A DNA stretch of 63,750 nucleotides, filler included, from Nemertoderma westbladi (Eukaryota > Animalia > Xenacoelomorpha): the NCBI GenBank assembly GCA_032718475.1. It is 3 parts of 3 records of this genome, joined end to end, with 100 filler letters (N's around TTAATTAATTAA, not from the genome) between each part and the next. Parts side by side here need not be neighbours in the genome. Positions count along the whole stretch, not along the records: positions 22,058 to 38,602 come from JAUCBJ010007061.1; 2 more parts are not named here. One strand, given 5' to 3'. Shown here one piece after another: positions 24,626-36,869 of this stretch; the stretch's first letter is position 1, and every line of letters starts with the position of its first letter. The notes under the pieces were generated by a model that made no database searches, was not told where the DNA came from, and saw only the letters and a list, made by a program, of their open reading frames with translations. Position numbers and translations under genes: made by a program.

Positions 24626-24844
24626 ACTTGGGATGCTCAAGCTATAAACAAATGGTTTAGAGAGGATGAAGTGTTTAACAATCGGAATGTAAGCATATTT
24701 TGCTATGGCAAAGAAGGAGCTATGTGTATTTCGGAAACATTCCCAGAGGCACCTGAATGTAGCTACATAATCAATGTATCGCATGATGTCTTTGATGTTT
24801 ACCGTAATGGGAGTACAATTCCTATATTATTTATGTATATTTAG
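24626..24844 (+). pseudogene. Probable exon 2 of the THAP gene, truncated
   Basis: Acceptor tttctcattttgcag ends at 24625; phase-0 join gives ...DLDQL|TWDAQAINKWF...; the frame ends at 24844 with no further exon recognised. Confidence 0.5.
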
Positions 24845-25070
24845 TATTCCATGGTACACCTCATGTAACTACAGTACATATAATCTACTAAAGTACTAAG
24901 TGGTCTGCCACTGTAGGCCTACAGTATGACAGATAAGTGATACTACTGACCATTTAACTAGAGCCCAGCCACCTTTACACCTTTCTGTATGACTTGGTGC
25001 AAATGTTAATGTAAATTAAAATTGTACATAAAAAGGAGAAGATATAATTAAATTCCACCTTTATGTAAAA

Positions 25071-27993
25071 CCATGACCTACTATAGATACGACCCGCCAA
25101 GCTGCTGCAAAGCCCCTAAATTTAGTGGGCCAGTTATTTATCTTAGATAGAACCCCTGAAACAATATGTCTAGCGCGTCGAAATTACTTGTCCCTAACTA
25201 AAATTATGTCCTCTTTCAGATGAGACAAATAAAAATTTAATAGCTGCAGTAGTTTTCGAGATATGAGGAGTTCCTGGCACCGATACCATATAAAAACCTT
25301 TCGGAATTGATAAAATTACTCAAAATACATCACCCTTCAAGACTTTGGTATAACCATTAAACCATATTATGCTTTTTTGGATAGTGAATTAATTATTAGT
25401 AATCGAAAGCAAGATTAGAAGCAAAATTTTCATTGTTTATTTTATAATAGACACTAAAAGAGCACCAAAATTACAAGTAGCTCGAAATTTTTAAAATAGC
25501 CAAAAGTTGTAAATTTTGGTCTTATAGTTTGGCTACTGAGGTTTTAGAATGTGCTGATTTCATTGGCAAGGTATATATAATTGTGGTATTTACAAAAATG
25601 GCCAATGTGTCGGTCGAAAAGTCTAAGTGCCAGCCAGTGCACTTCTATTTCAGTACTGCAGTACTCTGGTACTGGTGCGGTAATGTGGTGAGTTATTCAG
25701 TATGTGCATTGCACTGCACTACCTGACTACTGCGTTAGGCATTACATTACTGCTGAGTGCTGACTGCATTATGCTGTTACTGTGTTAGGCATCAATGCCT
25801 TATCATTATTATATTACCTAATTACGTCCGTACCTGTCTGACTATTTATTATCACCTCTACATGAGCTGGCAGCCACGGCGCCCCGGGGGCCTAATCTTG
25901 GTCTGGCTGGACATAGTATCAGAATCTGTCAGTCTGTATGCATATATCTGTATATGTAATATAATATAGTGTAACAGAATATGTAGGCCGTAACAGTTAC
26001 AGTATAATTGGAAAGTGCTGAGTGTATAGATGCCGCTCCCGCGCTCGGTCTACAGTGGCACTTACGTAGTTCGACTCGTCAGGGGTCTTCTACAGAACAG
26101 ATGACACCAGGGCCTTCCGCTTCCACTAACATTTGTACATTTCGACAGGCGATATATTCAGTACCCCCGGAATCTGTTCCGACTTCAGTGTGCTAAATAC
26201 CTCAAATTCCTCGGAGACCGCCAGTAAAAAGAAACCGTCCATCGCACCAATTCATGAATGAGAGTAAAATTAGTTATTTATCTGATGTAGAGATGAAGCT
26301 ACTGCTCGACTTAGGGTTAAAGGGTCCGGTTATTCTTTAAGAATCATCATGCTAGGTTTATTCTCCTGCCTAAACCAGCGGGACTCCTGTCTGAATCCCC
26401 CGAAGACATATCGGCCTTTTCGGAGGATCTCAAGTAAGTCAATATGCGTGGCCACCTTTAGAGTGTTCGCTTCTTACTGTCTTGGATTTAATAGACAAAG
26501 GTTATTGATACATAATAGATATGCTGAGATAAATTAATATTACGACTTCAATTTAATGAGGAACTGATATTATTTAGGGGAATTATTATTAACTATCCTG
26601 GAATATAGTGTCGTTTAATTTGAGGAACTGATAATTTCGAAATTTTGTAGATCTTGGCTCAAAAATTACAATTTTGATGGTATAAGGGATTTCGAGGACG
26701 CTGATCACGATAAAACATGTCAAACTTTCTGGCAAATTTAAATTTTCTGGCAATGCATCAATCATTTTTGGTGCTATTTTCTGATTTTGGCCCCCCAGGA
26801 CGAAAAGTACAAGTAAAAAATTGTCAAAACATTTTGTGTTTGGTTTGATAATTCTGGACGTATATGGGTTTTCGTGGTCACTGATCACGATGAAAGTAGT
26901 GCAGTAGTATTTGTATCAGTGAAAGTAGTATTTCTGGCAAGTGCACATCCAATTTTCGTGCTATTCTGGTGCCCCAGAACGAAAAGTACAAGTAGCAAAA
27001 ATTTCAAACTGTTAAATTTTGCCTTTGGTTTTGTAATTCTGAAGCTATACTGGTTTTCAAAGGCGGTGGTAACGCAATTATCGTTTTTGGTGTTTGTCTG
27101 GTGGGACGAAAAATACAAGTACAGTAGCATAAAATTTCAAACGGCAAAAATCAAATTTGGTTGGATAAAACGATACTTATGAGTGTCATACTCGTAATCA
27201 GCTTCCCAGAAAACCCATAATGGCATAAAACCAGGTTGATTTTTTATTCTCAAATTTGTGCTATATACTTGTATTTTTCGTGCCGCACATTGACATTGAC
27301 ACGTATCCAAAAAAGCCGTAATCAACAAGGTAGGATATTTTTCAGTGTCATATTCGTGGTCAGCATCCCAAAAAATCCACATCGTCATAAAATCAATTTG
27401 TTTTCGTGGTGATTTTTCATTATCATATTTCCACTACTTGTTTTTTTCGTGCTCCAGGGGCACAAATAACTGACTAATAAGTAATATAACAACATGCCTA
27501 TGTTGTTATACACAACTCTTCGATATGTTTGATGTAGAGGAATAAACCTTCCCAATAAAATCAGCATATTCTAAAACCTCAGTAGCCAAACTGTATGGCC
27601 AATTTACCACGTTTGAAAAAAGTGCTACTTGGACTTTTGGTGCTCTCTTGGTATCTATTGATAAAAAAAAATGAAAATTTTGCTGCTAATCTCGCTTTCG
27701 ATTACTAATAATGAATTCAACAAACCAAAAAATCATAATATGGTTTCATGTAATATGATAATATGGTATTTTGTGTAATTTTATCAATTCCGAAAGGTAT
27801 TTATATGGTATGGGTGTCAGGAACTCCTCATTTGTCTCATCTGAAAGAGGACATAATTTTAGTTAGGGACAAGTACTTTCGACACGTTATACCTATTGTT
27901 TCAGGGGTTCTATCTAAGAGAAATAACTGGGCCACTAAATTTAGGGGCTTTGCAGCAGCTTGGCGGGTCGTATCTATCTATAGTAGGTCAAGG
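25071..27993. mobile_element. Non-autonomous DNA transposon with ~500-bp TIRs
   Basis: 25071-~25580 is the inverted copy of ~27540-27993 (ccatgacctactatag... / ...ctatagtaggtcaagg); TAAAA flanks both ends. Confidence 0.85.
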
Positions 27994-28136
27994 TAAAACA
28001 ACCCTGATTTCACCGGATGCATTTAGACAGATCCCTATTATGTATTGTATTTGTATGTCTACTTACAGCTTACAATGTGTAACCGGTTGAAGTAACTACT
28101 GTAACCCAATTAAATATTACTAGTAGTCTGCGATTA

Positions 28137-29102
28137 GGGGCCGTCCAAGTATGACGTCTGACTTTTCCCCAAAATGTTGACCCCCTGGTACGTACTAAAA
28201 GGTAGAACGATCTATAACGGGCTATAATTTCCTATAAACAAGCTATAACCACCTATAACGAGCTATAATATGAAAATTTACATTAAAAAAACGCCCCTTG
28301 GGTGTGTTTAACTTTTGGATTAACACGGTGGTCTGAAAAATCCCGCAGGTTAAAAATTAGGGTAGGCCTATGCCTAATTGATACTGGTAAGTTTTTTTTA
28401 GTGGCCTATATTGCTCACATTCCTGTATTCTATATCGACCAGAAGCTGACAGCGGATATAGCAGGATGGAGGATAGACAGAGAGATGAGAGACCTCTCCT
28501 CTGCTGCACTGTCTGAAAGCCAGATAATGCAGTAGTGGCATGCTAACTAATGCAGTAATGCAGTGATACCACAAAGATGAAAAGCATTATGGACTAAAAA
28601 ACCAAATTGCGTAATTAAATTACTGACTAGGATAATAAATCCATTCTAAAATAGGTTTTTTTATTGTAAATTTTCAGATTATAGCTCGATATAGGTGGGT
28701 ATAGCTTGTTATGGGGAAGTTATAGCCCGTTATAGATCGTTCTACCTTTTAGTACGTACCTGACCCCCTCCCTCCCCTAAATCAGATGTCATCAGATAGG
28801 CGTTGACCCCCCCGGCCCCCCTCCCCTAAATCAGATTAAAGAAATTTTCGCGTCCTAATCACTGAAACATAGTGACTGGTAACTGAAACAGAAGGTCGTG
28901 CTACGGGCCTTCGGGGGCTTCGCACAATTTAAATAGGCAAGCTATTTACTCTTCTGCTATATCTCTTCTAGCACCTATAAATGAACCTGCTGACGTCAGA
29001 TGTGACACCCCCTCCCCTCCCCTCATCAGTCAGCATGTCATCAGATTTTCCCAACCCCCCCCCCCCCCCCCTAAAGTGCTGACGTCATACTTGGACAGCC
29101 CC
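28137..29102. mobile_element. PIF/Harbinger-like MITE
   Basis: TIRs ggggccgtccaagtatgacgtc / gacgtcatacttggacagcccc; 3-bp TSD TTA. Confidence 0.85.
28187..28760. mobile_element. Mutator (MULE)-like MITE nested in the Harbinger MITE
   Basis: ~110-bp TIRs starting ggtacgtactaaaaggtagaacgatctataacgggctataa; 9-bp TSD tgaccccct at 28178-28186 and 28761-28769. Confidence 0.85.
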
Positions 29103-31872
29103 TTAACTTAAACTTAAAATAGAAACAGTAAAAAAAAATGTTAATAATTATAGATTCAATCTCTAATTATTATTAGTCTGCGAACAAAAATATTATCGAA
29201 ATTATTCGTTGGTTTATTTTAATTTTCCACCCAACTTGTCTGAGATCAATGAATTGATATGACTGATTCGGATGTGATTTAATAAAACGACTTTTCTAAT
29301 CAAAATAATGGAATTCATTGCACCTCGCGGCCCTAGGCTGTGTGTACGATGACCAGGTGCATTAGGGTTGAAACTGCAACCCTTCTCAGAGAGTTAATAC
29401 ACTAATCCAATCTTAGCAATTAGATTAATTTGCGGCGTTATTTGCAAAGCGGTTTGGTAGTCAGATCAGGGGAAGTCGCTGGTTAACCTTTAGGCCTATA
29501 TAATCTATAGGCGACCACAGCCACCTATCTGCAATGCATCAACGTCTGCATAGGTAAACTGACATTGCTTCACTACAGTTTCGGGCCTTGTTCTTTCATT
29601 ATTATTCTGCAGAGGTAGTACAATATAAGGTTAAATATTTTCCTTTAACCATTAGTACCGCATCGGAAGCTGCTGTATAGCCCCTAATGGCTGGCCTGCC
29701 AACTGTCAGTGTTTTTATCTCTACACAATCCAAGCTGGGTGCTCAGAGCCGCATATACTGTACTGTATACTGGTTTGCTTGGCAATCACTATCACTTTCT
29801 ACCAGTTGTATATGCACTGCAGTGGATTGCTTGTGATCCAAGTCATTAAATTCCAGCTTCTCGCAGACGTGAATGTAATTAAGATTGCGGAATCCCAAGA
29901 GACTCCATTATTCTATAATGAGTTTGTGTGTTTTTTCTGCAAAGGCCAATTTTTAACGAGTGCATAATCCTACCAACCCAATCGATAATAGCCAGCCCAT
30001 AAAACAAATCCTTCCGCGGATTAATATTAATTAAAAATATGTCTATTTTTTTGTTTATAGCGTTGTTCATTTGTATCTTACTGTAGGCCTTGTGGGTACT
30101 ACAGTACATACCTACTGCAGAAACTTGTCTACATTGTTTACATTAAATTTGACGAGAAATGGGTAGGTTTTCCGCGGACATATATATATTTTTGTAATAT
30201 TGAGTATACTTTATCGTCATGACATGATAACGTATTGCAATTATAAGTACGGGAGTATTCACGCAATTAAGTTAAACCCTCAAAAGTAGTGTCAAATTAT
30301 CTCCGACGTGTAACATGAACTGTTCATTGAATTAGTCGTTGAGTTCAATATTACTCTATGACACTAGTGACTCATCCCGTACTGTATGGTTGGTTACCCC
30401 TGAGGGGTGTTGACACCGCTTTGTTTTGGGTTGTTTGTAGAATGTAGAGAAGTGTGGTAGATTTTCTTGAAAAGTTCCCAAAATTGCAAATTTTCTAAAA
30501 AGGGATTTGTTAAAATGTGGTATTGCCTGTGGGGATTTAAATCTAAATTTATCGACTGTACATAGCTTTTTCGTTCTATTAATGTTCCCTCGACTCATGA
30601 GATTGTTTCCTTCCTTGTAAGTTGTTCAGAAAGCTATCCTTAATTGCATTACCATTGCGAAGAACATTCGTATCATCCATTTCGCCGATGCCGAGTTGCC
30701 TACCATTACTTCATACCTGTCTGCAAAACCCGAAATACCTGCCTGCAAAATCCAAATAACGAATCTTTTCTTTGCACTGGCATTCTTCAGGAGTCTGCAA
30801 ATGGAATGAATTCCAATGAAAACAGAACCCTTGAAGGTGTGAAAAGCCTCCGGGCTGGAGCGAGACATAACTGCGAGGCATCAGCGAACGATTCTTATAA
30901 TTATACTTTGGCCGATCTCAAAAAGTCTGTGGTGGGGTGCAGTATATGTGTGTTCAAACCAATATTTGTCGGAACCAATATTTGTCGGAAGCCAAATATT
31001 ACTGTAGTTTGGATTAGCCATAGTACTAGTACTTACTCTATTAACTATTATACGCTGGTGACGGTTCTGCTCTATGAAGGCCCCAGACATAATGCCATTT
31101 AGAAATCTGATATGCTCAATGATGTAAATTTCCTTCTAACTTCCTGAATTTTTTCCTCAAGATTAAGTTTAAAATAGGCCTACTTACCGCACTACCGCGC
31201 AGTAGTAACTATACACTCTGTGGCCTTAGGCCTACCATAAAGCCATGAGTAAGAAGAGTCCTGTTATTTATTTGTTTATGGCCTGCTGCCGCCTGCAGGC
31301 TGGCAGCCAGGCCACGACATTTCACTCAAATAGCCCAGTGATTCACCTTCTCAGATTTCATCAGAGTTTATCCCAGTTTTAACATCGTCTGTTTTTGTTT
31401 GCGGAGGTTGTTGGTTGTACGACCAATTATTTCCATTATTTTTTCCTTGTTTTTCTCCATTGTTGTTTGTGGTCTTTTCCAATATTTTCATTTTGTTCAT
31501 ATAATTTCAAAAGTGAAGCTTAATTATAATTAATTTCAATAAAATTATATCGCTCGTTAAAAGGCATCCATTTACTCGCACTTATGGGCTCTATATTCCA
31601 AGAGTCCATAATTACGTTGAGTTAATTGCGTTGAGTGTACTATTTAAAATGGTATTTACAAACTGCAATCACACCGCATTTACGTCCACGTGTACCCATA
31701 GTGACAAGTACGTTGATACACTGAGTAGCAACGATAAGATTCGTTTCAAGTAATTTATTAAAGTTTCTTAAAGCACACCTTTAGCTAAATTATACAATTG
31801 GAGAAATTGGGTTTCAAAGACTTCATCCGTATCACTCATGGTGTCAGACAGACTTAGGATAAAACAATGGTG

Positions 31873-32474
31873 TAATAACTATTTACATACTTGTGTGTAA
31901 AGTAGCACTTACAGTGTGATGATCCGAGTGGCTTTGTTACACGAACGAACGTTGGTGAGTGAGTTAAAATGAAGCCACGAGGATCAGAACACTGTAAAGT
32001 ACTTTGCAACAAGTATGTTTGTAGTTTTATTCCAAAATTGTTACATTACGAAATGATTGTACATATACATTATAAGTGATAGAAACTGCACAAATTATAT
32101 TAATTGCTGTATAAATAATTGTAAAAATGACATAAATTATGTTATAAATAAGTTAGCTTATATTTATGGTGGCGTTTGGAGCCATGTTATAATAATATAG
32201 CTAGGCCCTACTGGTTATTAATAGCTATACCCCCCCTACCTGGCAGTAGGCCTATCTGGCTGTCAGGCAAATTTCCACCTATTGTTTACGTGGTATCCCC
32301 GTAGTGGACATTACTTAACGCCGTCATGGGTTACCACGTAAACAATAACACCAAATACAATACTAAATGTACAGGCCAATACAATGCTGTAATGTCCTCT
32401 AAAGTTGTAAAGTGCTAAATAACAACTCGCTGTTAATACTAACGGCGTTGAGTAATGTTACAATTTTGGAATAA
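31873..32474. mobile_element. Dispersed ~600-bp element with a hairpin plus a second inverted-repeat pair (copy 1)
   Basis: Colinear with 62202-62752; hairpin 31885-32018; inverted pair 32027-32049 / 32452-32474. Confidence 0.8.
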
Positions 32475-34056
32475 TAATTATTTTCTTGGCCCCTTCCTAG
32501 TGCTGTCCGAACACGTTCAAGTACACTGTAAGTGTTGAGTGATGTGCAGATATTAGTCCTCACAAGTGTGCGACAAGCACAAGATATCAATATGCACCCT
32601 TTTATATATTATCTATCCTTGGTCACTGCATTAATAATAGACAGCATATTTTATGGTTTGCGGGTACATCAACAAGTAAACTATAACATCAACTATAACT
32701 ATAGGTTGCAAGTCGGCAAACTCCCCTCACAACCGAACCGGTAGGAATCATATCAACGACCTTCTAGAAATGTTATCTTCATTAGAGGACTGTTTCAACG
32801 TACGCTATACAGCTTCCGTCAAAATACTTTGGTATCCTTCGATTATTTAATACCGGTATGGCAAAATACATGGAGAGAATATATTATATTAAAACATTCA
32901 TCCACTCAGCTATTGCCAATTGTACAGTATTAATTATACTTGATCAAATATACCGACCGTTGTAGTACTGTGTTCTATATATTCAAAATAGCTAATGCCC
33001 TTTTGGAGCCTTATTTTTATTTCTCCCAACCGTTTTTGCCCCATTAACCTTAAACAGAGTTACTTAACACACCATTTCCGTATATGAAGAATTATAGAAG
33101 AAAAATGGTTTTTTCAAGTTCTACACTTAACCAAAGATTCAAACGGTAACACTTCATCGTTTAAAGTCGCGACATAATCGCATTACTTCGAAACTGCACT
33201 GCCTGACTTTCTGCAAAAGCCACAATTGATTCTGGGATACTGGGGAGTTTCAACCTGTCAGTAGTGACGATAATCAGGACTCAAAGGGGAGCTGATCTTC
33301 AGAACAAATTAACAGTAAATGGATCCAAAGGTGGCCAGTTTACTGCTTCCATTATAAATCTCATGGGATTAGATATTAGTACTGAAGGTAAAACACAATA
33401 CATCCTTGTCTTGTATACGACGATCGGTTGGTGATGTTAATAATAGAGTCTGATAATAATAATTATATCCATCCATAGAACAGGTACATTTGCTTCCTTT
33501 GGAGGATAGAAGATAGTCTCGTAAGTCGAGGTACACTACCTGTTTGGTACTTAAGGTGAAAATGTCGTTTTGAGAAAATCGGACTTTATAAGAAAATTTA
33601 AAATTTTAAGTAAATTTGATTTTCATTGTGATATATGCATATGCAGTTTTCTATGGGGAATTCAAATCTGTTAACCGCGTGTTAATAGCTAACTTGGTTT
33701 TTGAGATAATCCACTTTGAAGGAAGAATAGTAAGGAGTTATGAAATTTATAAAATTATTTAAACACCAGTTCGCCGATATATGTCTGCGTGTTAGTAGGT
33801 CTGTCTGACGGTCGGTCCGTCTGACGGTCAGTCTGTCTGTTTGTCAGTCAAAAATGTAAAACATTCTATCTTCAACTTATTTTTATCCATTTGTACGGAA
33901 CTCTATTTTGATGCACTATTCCGTTTAAATGTTTAGTTCCCAGTGGAAAGTGACGTGTATGTCGGTTTGTCAGTCTGTTTGTATGTCTGTTTGTTTGTCA
34001 ACAATTTAAAACTTACCATTTTCAACTTCTATTTATTCATTTGTAGCATTACTAAT

Positions 34057-34271
34057 CGAAGTCCCAAACTAAATAAAAGGTTAGCTAGTTGTACACGTGC
34101 TGCTCGAAGTCCCAAACTAAATAATCAGTTAACCTAGTTGTTCACGAGCTGCTCGAAGTCCCAAACTAGATTACCAGCTACCTTAGTTGTTCACGTGCTG
34201 CTCGAAGTCCTAAACTAGATAACCAGTTAGCTTTGTAGTTCACGTGCTCGTGCTGCTCGAAGTCCCAAACT
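34057..34271. repeat. ~49-bp tandem repeat, 5 copies (cgaagtcccaaacta...gttcacgtgctgct)
   Basis: Unit starts at 34057, 34105, 34154, 34203 and 34258. Confidence 0.9.
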
Positions 34272-34588
34272 GTGTGACTTTTTTGCCTCACTTTATAGTC
34301 ATTTGTTTGCTATTTGACATGCAAATTATTCACCTCGCCCCAATAGCATCACAAAAATGTTACTCAATGTTGCTCTTAATGTATTAACTCAGTGTAGTTT
34401 CCAGCTGGTTGACTTAGTAATACATAATAATGCTAATAACTTTGGAAGTACTCATCCCATCGGGATGATTTTTAGCTCATTAGAGAGCTGAGATGTTGGC
34501 CAGTCACATCTAACTCGAAAACCTCATTTTCACCTTACGGTACCTTTTCGCTTGCACACTGCCACATTTGGGTAGGTGCTAAAATGCA

Positions 34589-36680
34589 CAATGAGCAACA
34601 ATTACCAACAACGAGCAACAACGAGCAACAATGAGCAACAATGAGCAACAATGAGCAACAACGAGCAACAATGAGCAACAACGAGCAATAATAATGAACA
34701 ACAACGAGCAATAATAAAGAACAACAACGAGTAACAATGAGCAACAATGAGCAGCAACGATATCCTACATATATATTCGGGTTTACTGGGATACATTACT
34801 GCATAAGTATCATTGTCGCCCGTTGTTGTTCGTTGTTGTTCGTTTGTTGCTCATTGGTGCTCGTTGTTGTACTTTATTATTGCTCATTGTTCCTTGTTGG
34901 TGCTCATTGTTGTGGTTTATTATTGCTCGTTGTTGTTCATTGTTGCTCGTTGTTGCTCATTGTTGCTCATTGTTGGTCGTTGTTGCTCATTGTTGCTCGT
35001 TGTTGCTCATTGTTGCTCATTGCTGCTCGTTGTTGCTCATTGTTGTTCGTTTGTTGCTCATTGGTGCTCGTTGTTGCCCTTTATTGTTGCTCATTGTTCC
35101 TTGTTGGTGCTCATTGTTGTGCTTTATTATTGCTAGTTGTTGTTCATTGTTGCTCATTGTTGGTCGTTGTTGCTCATTGTTGCTCGTTGTTGCTCGTTGT
35201 TGCTCATTGCTGCTCGTTGTTGCTCATTGTTGTTCGTTTGTTGCTCATTGGTGCTCGTTGTTGTACTTTATTAATGCTCGTTGTTGTTCATTGTTGCTCG
35301 TTGTTACTCGTTGTTGCTCGTTGTTGCTCATTGTTGCTCGATGTTGTACTTTATTAATGCTCCTTGTTGTTCATTGTTGCTCGTTGTTGCTCATTGTTTT
35401 CGTTGTTGCTGATTTGTTGCTCGTTGTTTCTCATTGTTGCTCGTTGTTGCTCCTTGCTGCTCGTTGTTGCTCACTGTTGTTCGTTTGTTGCTCATTGGTG
35501 CTCGTTGTTGTACTTTATTATTGCTCATTGTTCCTTGTTGGTGCTCATTGTTGTGCTTTATTATTGCTCGTTGTTGTTCATTGTTGCTCGTTGTTGCTCA
35601 TTGTTGGTCGTTGTTGCTCATTGTTGCTCGTTGTTGCTCATTGTTGCTCGTTGTTGCTCATTGCTGCTCGTTGTTGTACTTTATTAATGCTCGTTGTTGT
35701 TCATTGTTGCTCGTTGTTGCTCATTGTTTTCGTTGTTGCTGATTTGTTGCTCGTTGTAGCTCGTTGTTGCTCATTGCTGCTCGTTGTTGCTCATTGTTGT
35801 TCGTTTGTTGCTCATTGTTGTTCATTGATACTCGTTGTTGCTCGTTGTTGCTCGTTGTTGCTCATGGTTGTTCGTTGTTGCTCATTGTTGCTCGTTGTTG
35901 TACTTTATTAATGCTCGTTGTTGTACTTTATTATTGCTCATTGTTCCTTGTTGGTGCTCATTGTTGTGCTTTATTATTGATCGTTGTTGTTCATTGTTGC
36001 TCGTTGTTGCTCATTGTTGCTCATTGTTGGTCGTTGTTGCTCATTGTTGTTCATTGATACTCGTTGTTGCTCATGGTTGTTCGTTGTTGCTCATTGTTGC
36101 TCGTTGTTGTACTTTATTAATGCTCGTTGTTGTTCATTGTTGCTCGTTGTTGCTCATTGTTTTCGTTGTTGCTGATTTGTTGCTCGTTGTTGCTCATTGT
36201 TGCTCGTTGTTGCTCATTGCTGCTCGTTGTTGCTCATTGTTGTTCGTTTGTTGCTCATTGGTGCTCGTTGTTGTACTTTATTATTGCTCATTGTTCCTTG
36301 TTGGTGCTCATTGTTGTGCTTTATTATTGCTCGTTGTTGTTCATTGTTGCTCGTTGTTGCTCATTGTTGCTCATTGTTGGTCGTTGTTGCTCATTGTTGC
36401 TCGTTGTTGCTCATTGTTGCTTGTTGTTGCTCGTTGTTGCTCATTACTGCTCATTGCTGCTCGTTGTTGCTCATTGTTGTTCGTTTGTTGCTCGTTTGTT
36501 GCTCATTGGTGCTCGTTGTTGTACTTTATTATTGCTCATTGTTCCTTGTTGGTGCTCATTGTTGTGCTTTATTATTGCTCATTGTTGTTCATTGTTGCTC
36601 GTTGTTGCTCATTGTTGCTCATTGTTGGTCGTTGTTACTCATTGTTGCTCGTTGTTGCTCATTGTTGTTCGTTTGTTGCT
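34589..36680. repeat. 10-bp-based satellite (ttgttgctc[a/g]) with higher-order variants; first block inverted
   Basis: caatgagcaa orientation at 34589-34759, ~50-bp spacer, then ttgttgctca orientation at 34811-36680. Confidence 0.95.
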
Positions 36681-36869
36681 TATTATGTTTCAATGATATA
36701 CAGAATACTGATAGGCCTTGCAGTGTTAAGTACAGGTTAATCGATCTGGCTACTTCCATATAATTACAGAATTAAGTATATCAGTATAATGTCTTACAGT
36801 GCTGCAGTGTTAAGTACCGGTACCCCATAACCAGCTACGGTAGGTCCATAAAGTATATTGGGGCGAGCC

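Noticed and set aside
34057-34271. Conserved core with variable segments as a CRISPR-like array
   Set aside because: The intervening parts are diverged copies of one another, so this is an ordinary tandem repeat.
34535-36763. Cys/Leu-rich ORFs
   Set aside because: All three frames give the same low-complexity pattern from a 10-bp satellite.
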